DNA of 64,000 nt from a virus. Each line of letters opens with the position of its first letter. The first letter of the stretch is position 1. The notes beneath the pieces were generated by a model. It was not told the DNA's origin, searched no databases, and was given only the letters and a program-made list of their open reading frames with translations. Location of the stretch: the IMG/VR virus record IMGVR_UViG_3300035150_000015, positions 32,001-96,000 of that record; one strand, 5' to 3'. A program made the position numbers and the translations under genes. Below, piece after piece: positions 9,314 through 17,526 of this stretch.

Positions 9314-9586
9314 TCAGTAGAGAACCACTACCCCAGTAGCACTCGAACCGGCCCCAATTGACTTAGCTTGAATATCCCAAATGAAGCCATCTGGACAGGC
9401 AGGAAGCGTAACTGAAGAATCGTCATACCGAACTACATCCAGTGTGCCCCCACCCATTACAGCGATGGCCCGACTCAAACGAGACTTGTCTTGAGGGTCT
9501 GACGTCTGGATGTTCAGGGCTACACCATCTGCCTTAAGGATATAGTCGAGAGCACTGTAGATGTGTGGGGAGCCAGGGATTCCCAT
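9314..9586 (-). CDS. head-spike base-like protein (resembles the RcGTA Rcc01079 family)
   Basis: likely start MGIPGS at 9586 (GAGG SD); SRAIAV.GGG.L.VV..D.S.VT...P.G...I....I..GSSATG.VVLY pattern. Confidence 0.55.
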   Translation of the reverse strand: MGIPGSPHIYSALDYILKADGVALNIQTSDPQDKSRLSRAIAVMGGGTLDVVRYDDSSVTLPACPDGFIWDIQAKSIGAGSSATGVVVLY

Positions 9587-9593
9587 GATGACC

Positions 9594-10256
9594 TCAAAGT
9601 GGTAGGTAGGAAGTGAAACTTGCTGAGAAAGTAGCAGTGCTGCTATCCCCTCGAACCAGGAAACTGTCAATAGCACCATCAACAAACTGCATCTGAGACA
9701 GAGTGCTGGACCCGGCATCCAAAAGGACCTCCGCCCCACCCTCATCCAATGCCACATACAAGTCCGTAATGGGCTCGTGGTTGTGGATGGTCAAATCCTG
9801 GGTGCGGAACGGCAGCAAGAGTTGCAAAGAGTTACCCACCGTGGTCCCAGAAGGGGCAGTTCCCCCAATTAAAACTCGGCTGTCCCCTCGGAGAGCACTC
9901 TCCGGGAGAATCAGACAAGGGGAGCTGGCGGTACCAGGTGTACCCGAATAGTCTACCGGCACGAACTTTAGCCAGAACTGCTTGCTGTCTTCGATTCCAG
10001 TGGGGGTGAAAAACGTCTGAGGGTTGAATACCACTCGAATATGATTGGGGTTGTTGAGAGCATTGAGCTTGTTCCGGTCAACAGCGGGGTCCAAGTAGCC
10101 AGATGAAATGTCCGCTGTCAAAATTGTAGTGAAAGTGGCATCAAAATTCGTTGCCGCCTGGAGTCGATACCCCTTCACGCTCACTTGCTTGGGGATCAAA
10201 AGGTCTATGATATTCGGCCTGCGCCGAACAACATTGAATGGTCTAGTAGTACTCAT
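9594..10256 (-). CDS. hypothetical virion structural protein
   Basis: 220 aa beta-rich ORF with ATGA coupling to the upstream gene. Confidence 0.6.
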   Translation of the reverse strand: MSTTRPFNVVRRRPNIIDLLIPKQVSVKGYRLQAATNFDATFTTILTADISSGYLDPAVDRNKLNALNNPNHIRVVFNPQTFFTPTGIEDSKQFWLKFVPVDYSGTPGTASSPCLILPESALRGDSRVLIGGTAPSGTTVGNSLQLLLPFRTQDLTIHNHEPITDLYVALDEGGAEVLLDAGSSTLSQMQFVDGAIDSFLVRGDSSTATFSASFTSYLPL

Positions 10257-10675
10257 GACGCAGCTCCCTGACGCTTCTCCTTAGTCACAAGAGGATCATA
10301 GGTACGGGCCGAAGCCTCACCCTTGGTGCTTCGGACGTGCTCCTGGACTTCTCTCCAATTATCGGCCTCCTGGCCTCCGTAGTTAGGCACCAATTTGTTC
10401 TTCTGGACGTGGTCCCTTTCCCGTTGAGCCATTTGTTCAGACCGCGCCCTACGATACTTGTTTTCCCGCATGGCCTTTGTCGCCCACCCCCCAGAAGGTC
10501 CGTCCTTAAGCACGAAACCTATCTGTCCCGCGTCAAAAATCAACTCCAATACAGTCCCGTCGTCGGCCTTGACTTCTTGTTCGCCCGACCGGACGGCCTC
10601 ATACTCAGCAAACTTCAACCGCTTGGTCAAAATGTCTCCTGATTTTGAGTTACGAAAAGTGTAGGTAGGCATCAT
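10253..10675 (-). CDS. FmdB-like protein lacking the Zn-ribbon cysteines
   Basis: MPTYTFRN..SG...; F.LK...GGW motif; GAGG SD; ATG overlaps the upstream stop. Confidence 0.45.
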   Translation of the reverse strand: MMPTYTFRNSKSGDILTKRLKFAEYEAVRSGEQEVKADDGTVLELIFDAGQIGFVLKDGPSGGWATKAMRENKYRRARSEQMAQRERDHVQKNKLVPNYGGQEADNWREVQEHVRSTKGEASARTYDPLVTKEKRQGAAS

Positions 10676-11505
10676 TTCCTCTTTGTTTTCATCTTTTTCT
10701 TGGGGATGGTCCAAGATCTAGTGGTAGCCAAAACGGCGGCCACATGCTTACAGACCGGATGGATCCTCTCGGGATCTCGAATGTCTGGGGGAGAGGCTGT
10801 CCCTCTCGGCTTCCCCAGCTGATAGCTTTTTTCCTTGGCATGGTATTCGGGCCCCTGCCATCTCCAGGCCGGACAAGAACAACTAAGCTCCAAATCCAAT
10901 TTGGAGAATTTGGTCACATTGCCAGACCTACGTGCCTTGATACTCACTACCTTAGGGCCGTTCCCACAGTCTACACTGAATAGCCACCTGAGATTCTTGA
11001 TATCCGCTCTCTTGAGAGTAGCCTGGCATTTCTTGGCCCTCTGCTGGAACTTGTGACTCAGGTTCTTCAGAATCTCCTCTGCCGTGGCCGCTACCCTAAC
11101 ACCGTCCGTGGGTCGAATAAGCCTCACAGGAGCGTCCTTGAGCTCCCAGATAGCCGCTACAACGAAAGCAATGTTGCTGGGTCGACGGTAAGGAAGATTG
11201 TCTGTAGGCTTACCCAAACCGAAGTAACTGGGGTTTGCATCGGAGTGGTCGATCTGATCCGGAATGGACTGGTCCTTGGGCATGTCTCTAGGGTTCCGAA
11301 TCCGGTAGATTGACTCATCTCGAGCCGGGGAACGAGAGGTACCATTGTCATCCAGAGGCTTGACAAAGGTCTTTTCTCCAGGGATAGATTCGCCAAGAGG
11401 GAGACCTTTGCCCGCAGGAGGCCCTTCGGGGAGCTCCGCTACAGCCACGGGGGCCCTCGCTCTGCCCTCTCCATAGGGCGGACGAGACACAAGAGGCTCC
11501 CTCAC
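10672..11505 (-). CDS. SWIM zinc-finger protein
   Basis: CSC-PAW...VCKH (CxC...CxH) SWIM signature. Confidence 0.7.
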   Translation of the reverse strand: MREPLVSRPPYGEGRARAPVAVAELPEGPPAGKGLPLGESIPGEKTFVKPLDDNGTSRSPARDESIYRIRNPRDMPKDQSIPDQIDHSDANPSYFGLGKPTDNLPYRRPSNIAFVVAAIWELKDAPVRLIRPTDGVRVAATAEEILKNLSHKFQQRAKKCQATLKRADIKNLRWLFSVDCGNGPKVVSIKARRSGNVTKFSKLDLELSCSCPAWRWQGPEYHAKEKSYQLGKPRGTASPPDIRDPERIHPVCKHVAAVLATTRSWTIPKKKMKTKRK

Positions 11506-13559
11506 GCCTTCCAGGAAGCCTCTCGAAGCTGATCTTTCACGGAATACGGAAGGCCATATGTCCCGAAGTCAGTTTCTGCTACCAGGTCCTTGTTATCCAC
11601 GAATGCCTTAATGGCCTTCTTCTTATCCACTACCACAGCACCACCACGGTTTTTCACGATTCCTCGCTTAATCAGAGCCGCAATGTGGATGTTGTGGACC
11701 CCGTATTCCCCGAGACCGGCTCTCTGGAAGTACTGGCCTCGAGCCACGGGCTTGAGAGTCATCATGATGGCCAGAGCTCGAAGCTCATCCTTGGAGATCT
11801 TGGCCGAAGGGGTGATGTTCTTGACTTTCTCAAGCTTCTCAGCCGTCTCGGCCTCTTCCTTTTGCTTCCTCTCCACGTACTTCTTGGCCTCAGGGAGCAC
11901 CTTACTGGTGACCTTGGATGGCACCTCCGACTCTCTAACCGCCTCGAAGTTGCGGAGGTCATAGGAGTTCAAAGAGGTAAGCTTGGGCTTGCCTCGAGTC
12001 CGGCCAGAGGAGCCAACCTCCATGCTCATACACCGATAACCACCATTCTTCAAGGTTTCGAACGGGTAGTAATAGATAGTGCTAGGGTCATAACTTAAGC
12101 TGGACTGCCACCTGTACCAAGCCCCAACCCCAAAAGCCTTCTTGATGTTGCTTCCGTCTTCGTCAACATGGTCCTTCCATTTCTTGGCGTCCTCGGGACT
12201 CATGTTGCGAGTTGGGTCGGCCGGTTTTCCCTTCTCGAACTTGGATTCCTTGACTTCCTCTTCCTCAGAGGCGCCCTTGAACTTGTCCTCGTACTTGTCA
12301 GTATTGGACTTCCACTTCTTGGCGTCCTCGGGACTCATGTTGCGAGTTGGATCAGCTGGTTTACCCTCCTCGAAACGAGACTCCTTGGTTTCCTCTTCCT
12401 CAGAAGCCATCTTGCCAAGATTTCTCTGGAACATCCGACCAGCTGACATGAGAAAATTGACTGCTGAAACGAAGTTATCCTTCTGAGGGGCATTCTTTCC
12501 AGGATCTCTCTCTAGAAGCTTGAAAGAATGCTCCATCTCCTTTAGCTGGTCCTTAGTGGTATCCAACATGCGTTCCATAGCCCGCATGGGGTCCACTGCA
12601 ATCTTGTCCCCAGCCATCACCGGAACCATGTCCTCCGGGCTCATACGCTGGGCCATGCGGGCCGCCTGCATGACATCACGAACCAGAGCCCGGGTCTTCT
12701 GCAAGGCCCCCTCATCACCCATCTGAGCCAAGAGATTGCCAATGCCGTCCACAATCCCAGTTAGCTGTAAAAGAGCCGCCCTCCAACGGCCTACCCCGGC
12801 ACTCCGAGCTACCATCTTCATAGCAGACAGCATCTCTTCCACCAAGATGTCCGGAGAAACAACCTCTTCAGCCGCCTCTTTTAGAGACCCCTCAGACAAC
12901 AACTCCTGAACCATCGAATCCGCAACCAACCTCCTCAAAAGACCAGCCAAACGAACCCGACTGAGCTTCTGCTCGGGGGTAGCCGAAGCCAGGGCCGACG
13001 CAATCCGATCCAACATATCTGATGGGTCAAAATCGTCAGAAGCCGTCTTCACACCGGCCTCCAGTTCGGTAATGAGGCCTAGAACCTCCGTTGTTGGGAG
13101 AGACCCGGCCTCACGAGTCTTCTTGGCCAGTTCCTGGATGGCTTCGGTTGCTTTCTTAGGATTCATGGTAATAGGCTCCGTCCCAGAGCAAGCTGGGCCT
13201 TGTGGTTCTGAACGGCGGTGGACTGGTCGAATACGGACCTCTTCGAGGACCTTCTCGAGCTGTTGGACTTTTTCCGGCCTGAGTTCCTGCTTAAGCTCTT
13301 CGTAATCCAACTTCCCAGCAGCCAAAGCCACTGCCTGCAGAGACTTCTCAAGCTTAAAAGCAGCGGCTGGGATACCCTTGATGAGATGCCCGGCTTCCTC
13401 AAAGAAGTGGTCCTTCTTGGGGGACTTGTCGATGAGCTTCACAGCATCGTTGATATAGCGGACCAGCTGATCACACCGAAGTCGAGCATCTCCGAGCTCC
13501 TCGATCAGGTACAGGGTAACACTAGCAGACTTTTGGGCAGAGCTAGAGGGTTTGGCCAT
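11502..13559 (-). CDS. modular head-associated protein with an internal 45-aa repeat
   Basis: likely start MAKPSSS at 13559; helical and charged; KSAS/KTAS/KEAA/KIA/KMAS/KGAS/KKA motifs separate segments. Confidence 0.65.
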   Translation of the reverse strand: MAKPSSSAQKSASVTLYLIEELGDARLRCDQLVRYINDAVKLIDKSPKKDHFFEEAGHLIKGIPAAAFKLEKSLQAVALAAGKLDYEELKQELRPEKVQQLEKVLEEVRIRPVHRRSEPQGPACSGTEPITMNPKKATEAIQELAKKTREAGSLPTTEVLGLITELEAGVKTASDDFDPSDMLDRIASALASATPEQKLSRVRLAGLLRRLVADSMVQELLSEGSLKEAAEEVVSPDILVEEMLSAMKMVARSAGVGRWRAALLQLTGIVDGIGNLLAQMGDEGALQKTRALVRDVMQAARMAQRMSPEDMVPVMAGDKIAVDPMRAMERMLDTTKDQLKEMEHSFKLLERDPGKNAPQKDNFVSAVNFLMSAGRMFQRNLGKMASEEEETKESRFEEGKPADPTRNMSPEDAKKWKSNTDKYEDKFKGASEEEEVKESKFEKGKPADPTRNMSPEDAKKWKDHVDEDGSNIKKAFGVGAWYRWQSSLSYDPSTIYYYPFETLKNGGYRCMSMEVGSSGRTRGKPKLTSLNSYDLRNFEAVRESEVPSKVTSKVLPEAKKYVERKQKEEAETAEKLEKVKNITPSAKISKDELRALAIMMTLKPVARGQYFQRAGLGEYGVHNIHIAALIKRGIVKNRGGAVVVDKKKAIKAFVDNKDLVAETDFGTYGLPYSVKDQLREASWKA
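12181..12350. repeat. 135-bp-period coding direct repeat
   Basis: ttcttggcgtcctcgggactcatgttgcgagttgg at 12181 and 12316; encodes GKPADPTRNMSPEDAKKWK twice. Confidence 0.9.
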
Positions 13560-13610
13560 GTGTGCCTTTTCCGTTTCACCGAAGAAGGCACACAAGAAGA
13601 AGCGCCAAAC

Positions 13611-14687
13611 TCATCCAGAAAAGGCTTCCGGGTATTCGGCTACCAACTGAGACTTGATAGTGGCATCAGTCTCGGCTGCTGCCACCGCCCGGATTACGTC
13701 CGGCCGGTCGTCATAGTCCGCAGCGATCCTAGCCATTTTCTTCTTAGGGGTGTCCGTGAACACATAATTTTCAGGGAAATCAGGACAGATGGCCTTTGCA
13801 ATCGTACGACATGCCTCATCGGCTGCCTCAGAATCCTTAGCCTCGGGCACCAAAAGCCTCTGGCCCTTTTTCGGCCCATTGGTAGTATTGAAGCGGATGC
13901 CCTCGCTCTCAATGACTGACTGAGCAGCTTCTCCCTCTCCTTCGGGGACCGAAACCTCAGTTCCAGCCACAACGGAAGGCTTCAGCATAACCCCTTCGGT
14001 CTCCTTGACTGAAGAAGGCTTCACCCGGCCAACAACTACAGGCGCATCCTCAGAAACATGGGTTGCCCTGACTGCCTCGATTCTAGCTAGATAGGTTTCC
14101 CTTTCCTCGGGGCCCAAGGTAGCCAAAAACTCCTCCCGGCTCATCCCCGCTCCAGCGTCAATACTAACATTTTCTGCCTTAGAAATGGCTGCTTGGGGGG
14201 TGACCTCTCCCAAGTCTGTCTTCTGCTTGGACGGAGTCTTGAGCTTGCGAACAACGGTGCCCTCCTGATCTTCAGCCTTAATGATTCGGCGCCCTCGAGC
14301 ATTCTGTTCTGCAGCAAACTTGTTACGGTCAGCAACGGTACTCACTTCCCGTTCCTCGTCCGCCACTGTCACAGATCCCACTTCCTCACGAGGCTCCATC
14401 GGATCGCCGCCAACAGCTTTCCGAATCTTGATAGGAGCTTGTGTTGGGACATGGGTGCTATTATCCTCAGGATCGTACAGGTCCGACAAAACCAGCCATC
14501 CCATCCGCACGGCTCCTCGAACCGTAGGGACGGAAAAAGGCTCGTATCCGTCGTAATACACCTTTTGTCCGTCAAACTCGATTTCCGCACCAACTGGAAT
14601 CTTGATTCCAGTTGACCCCAAGGTGAACTCTTTCGTGGCAGTGAACTTCTGAGGGTGGCCAGGCTTATACTGAATCTGAGTACTCAT
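13611..14687 (-). CDS. hypothetical protein
   Basis: 358 aa ORF with an AAGGA SD. Confidence 0.65.
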   Translation of the reverse strand: MSTQIQYKPGHPQKFTATKEFTLGSTGIKIPVGAEIEFDGQKVYYDGYEPFSVPTVRGAVRMGWLVLSDLYDPEDNSTHVPTQAPIKIRKAVGGDPMEPREEVGSVTVADEEREVSTVADRNKFAAEQNARGRRIIKAEDQEGTVVRKLKTPSKQKTDLGEVTPQAAISKAENVSIDAGAGMSREEFLATLGPEERETYLARIEAVRATHVSEDAPVVVGRVKPSSVKETEGVMLKPSVVAGTEVSVPEGEGEAAQSVIESEGIRFNTTNGPKKGQRLLVPEAKDSEAADEACRTIAKAICPDFPENYVFTDTPKKKMARIAADYDDRPDVIRAVAAAETDATIKSQLVAEYPEAFSG

Positions 14688-14763
14688 TGTGTATACATCC
14701 TTGTGGTAATCTCAGGGGAAAGTATTCCCCTACAATAGATGAAAACACAAATAGAGTATGACC

Positions 14764-15489
14764 TCAGAATCTAACAAGCCGGGAAATCGCTCGAAGCAAA
14801 TCTCGCAAGACTTTGATGGTCTTATTAGCAGTAACACTCAAGCTAGTCTTCAAAAGGTCTACTTCTTGCCCGATAACAGTTTTAATGTCAACGTAATCAG
14901 AGAAGGTCACTCCCTCCTTAAGCTTCTTGTCGAATTTCCCCAGAGCCTCTGCGAGATCAATATCGAAGTCCAAGCGACCGGCATCCCATGCCCTAATAGC
15001 ACGTTTAATAGCCCTGGAAACATCATCTACTGTTCGAGGTTTTCCGATAAACTCTGCGTGTTTCTCGAACTTACTCTCCATCTCTTCGAGGTAGTCGTAG
15101 TATTTGGGGTCCTCGGTCAAGTGATCCATGGCAATCTCTAGAGCCAAATCTGGATCGTCCGTGTGCTCCATCTCGACCTTCTTACCCTTGGCCAGTTGTT
15201 CAGGGTCGAAGTCCTTGGGCTGCTTTTTATCGGCTTGGCCTCCAGGAACCTTATCCTTTCGGGCTTCCTTGGTCTCGAAATATTCTACCTCATGAAGGCG
15301 CTTTTCCGCCTTCCCCTTCTCAGAGAAGCACCCGCCGCTCCAATCAGGGTTGTCCGGGGAACGCACACAGTACTCCCCCTTCTCTTTGCGGATTACCGAG
15401 TTCTTCTCTTCCTCCGCCTTCAGATACCGGGCTACAACCCTACGAGAAAGCAAAGCCGCCTGAAAGTTTCCCAAAGTTTCCATGACCAA
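14764..15489 (-). CDS. modular head-associated protein with a DUF5661-like domain
   Basis: FDPEQL.KG.KVEMEHT.D...A.EIA.DHL.EDP.YY..L..ME; preceded by an IRK..G.YCV.S...GC....A.KRL.EVE module. Confidence 0.65.
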   Translation of the reverse strand: MVMETLGNFQAALLSRRVVARYLKAEEEKNSVIRKEKGEYCVRSPDNPDWSGGCFSEKGKAEKRLHEVEYFETKEARKDKVPGGQADKKQPKDFDPEQLAKGKKVEMEHTDDPDLALEIAMDHLTEDPKYYDYLEEMESKFEKHAEFIGKPRTVDDVSRAIKRAIRAWDAGRLDFDIDLAEALGKFDKKLKEGVTFSDYVDIKTVIGQEVDLLKTSLSVTANKTIKVLRDLLRAISRLVRF

Positions 15490-15506
15490 GATTGGACATA
15501 GAAAAA

Positions 15507-16166
15507 CTAGGAGGGAAGACTCCAGTCCAAGGGTTCCTTGCCCATTGCCTTCAAAGCTTCGTTGGTGACCGAAAATGGCCTAGACCCGAAAAAACCACGG
15601 TGGGCCGAAAGTGGAGACGGGTGTGCACTCTCCACTACCATGTGTCGTTGACTGTCCACCAAAGAGGACTTCTTGCGAGCATCTGCCCCCCAAAGAATGA
15701 ACACCAGTGGGTCTTCTCTAGCACTCAAGACCTCGATTACCCGATTCGTGAATATCTCCCACCCCTTATCCTCATGGGACTTGGGTTCATGGGCTCTAAC
15801 CGTGAGGATGGAGTTCAGAAGGAAGACCCCCTTCTCAGCCCAAGCCTCCAAACATCCGTGTTTTGGGGGCTTGACTCCCACGTCGTCCTCCAGCTCCCTG
15901 TAAATGTTCTTCAGACTCCTGGGGATGGGTACCCCCGGGAGCACCGAAAAGCACAAGCCATGGGCCTGTCCAGCGCCAGGATAAGGGTCCTGACCCAACA
16001 CCACAACCTTTACCTGGTCGTAGGGAACCTCAAAGGCCCGGAATACATTCCCAGCGGCCGGGAAAATGGCGTTGGCCTTCCGTTCTTCCCGAACAAACTC
16101 GGCCAACTGACGAAAGTAAGGCTTCTGGAACTCTTCAGCTAGAAGCCTTTTCCAAGACTCATGCAT
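15507..16166 (-). CDS. ung: uracil-DNA glycosylase, family 1
   Basis: GQDPY, AHGLCFS, LLNS.LTV and HPSPLS motifs; likely start MHESW at 16166. Confidence 0.95.
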   Translation of the reverse strand: MHESWKRLLAEEFQKPYFRQLAEFVREERKANAIFPAAGNVFRAFEVPYDQVKVVVLGQDPYPGAGQAHGLCFSVLPGVPIPRSLKNIYRELEDDVGVKPPKHGCLEAWAEKGVFLLNSILTVRAHEPKSHEDKGWEIFTNRVIEVLSAREDPLVFILWGADARKKSSLVDSQRHMVVESAHPSPLSAHRGFFGSRPFSVTNEALKAMGKEPLDWSLPS

Positions 16167-16199
16167 ACTATAAGGTACACCAAACCCAATGGCATACAC

Positions 16200-16823
16200 T
16201 CACACACCCAGACGATACTTATTAGCAAATTTGTGGAACTCTTCGTTGAGACGCCAATTGTTGCCATTCAAGGCCCCAAAGGCAATGTGCCCCATCTCAT
16301 GAGCAAAAGCGGTGCTTTCAACAGGAGTGTCGGCTTTCTCAAAAGCCACCCGACTACTACGCCCACTGGTAAGGCCAGCAAACTTAACCTTAGCGCCACT
16401 CATCCTCTCATGATCCAAGTAAGGACCCTCTTCGAATCGAACAAAGTTGTAGTCCTCGCTCAGAGCGCGATAGGCCTTGACGTACTTGTGGTCTACACCA
16501 CCCTCAAGAACATTGGGCCACTTGGCCAACATATCCTCGATCACCTGCTCACATTCCTTCTTAGTGACATTGTAACCGTTCCGGAACACACAAATCCTGT
16601 GAGCGGTCACGAAATCAATGCCCTTGTTGAAATCCCACCTCATCCAGATACGAACCGGCCACAACATAGCTAGAAGGGCAGCTACAATCCACGTTATGAC
16701 GAAAGCTTCGGCCCTGGTCCCAGGGTCAGCCTTCAGCTGGATGTAAGTGGCAATCCCAATACCGACTAGGCCAAAAAGCCCAAGAATTGAGTCTCTGAGA
16801 CGAAAAATTGGGGGCTTGTTCAT
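16200..16823 (-). CDS. membrane-anchored putative zinc metallopeptidase
   Basis: two N-terminal hydrophobic helices; C-terminal HEMGH (HExxH). Confidence 0.55.
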   Translation of the reverse strand: MNKPPIFRLRDSILGLFGLVGIGIATYIQLKADPGTRAEAFVITWIVAALLAMLWPVRIWMRWDFNKGIDFVTAHRICVFRNGYNVTKKECEQVIEDMLAKWPNVLEGGVDHKYVKAYRALSEDYNFVRFEEGPYLDHERMSGAKVKFAGLTSGRSSRVAFEKADTPVESTAFAHEMGHIAFGALNGNNWRLNEEFHKFANKYRLGV

Positions 16824-16864
16824 CTGTAACCGCTCCTTACTACAGGGGTGGGATTACAAGAGGA

Positions 16865-17503
16865 CTAGATGAGCATCAAGTCCACATAGCCCTGACAATC
16901 AACCTCTACCAATGCCTCAGCTGTGTAAAAGGCCACCTGAAGAGTGGCAGTGGTTCCCCCCACGGAAAGGCGAAAGGCTGGGTTCCCTGCAGAGAAATCC
17001 CCCGAAAAGCAACTAGAGACGTTCGTGTATTGAGGCGTGGTCAAGACGCCCCCATTATTGGCTACTGTGAGTAAGCTCTCCTGAACGAAAACCCCTTGAA
17101 CTGAAGTGGGATCCCTGAAAACACCGTAGGAAGACACGAACAAAGCTGTATTCGAAGGTAACTCTATGGCGACACCGGTAGAAACGGCCGTCGGACCGGT
17201 AGTGCTGCAAGTCCAGGGAACCCTCTGAAGAACCTTGGACTGAGTATTAACTGACCCTACCCAAGCCCCCAAAGGCTGAGGAAGAGCAACAGGCTTCCAC
17301 GAAGACGAGGCACCTTCCCACGTCAAAACATCTCCATCAGCTGGGGCATCTGATGCCACAGTCCGACTCTGAAGAGTGGAAACTGCTTTCGGGGTCCACT
17401 TCAAACTGGCCTGGTCCCAAACCAGAACATACCCCTCTGAAGGAACACTTGTAGCAACTTCTCTGCCGCGTATCCCTGTAACAGTGCTGTCTGTGTCGCT
17501 CAT
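16865..17503 (-). CDS. tail-fibre-like virion protein
   Basis: two P..G.VL.W......W.P repeats typical of fibre shafts. Confidence 0.55.
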   Translation of the reverse strand: MSDTDSTVTGIRGREVATSVPSEGYVLVWDQASLKWTPKAVSTLQSRTVASDAPADGDVLTWEGASSSWKPVALPQPLGAWVGSVNTQSKVLQRVPWTCSTTGPTAVSTGVAIELPSNTALFVSSYGVFRDPTSVQGVFVQESLLTVANNGGVLTTPQYTNVSSCFSGDFSAGNPAFRLSVGGTTATLQVAFYTAEALVEVDCQGYVDLMLI

Positions 17504-17526
17504 GCCAACGCAAATCTACAAGAGGA

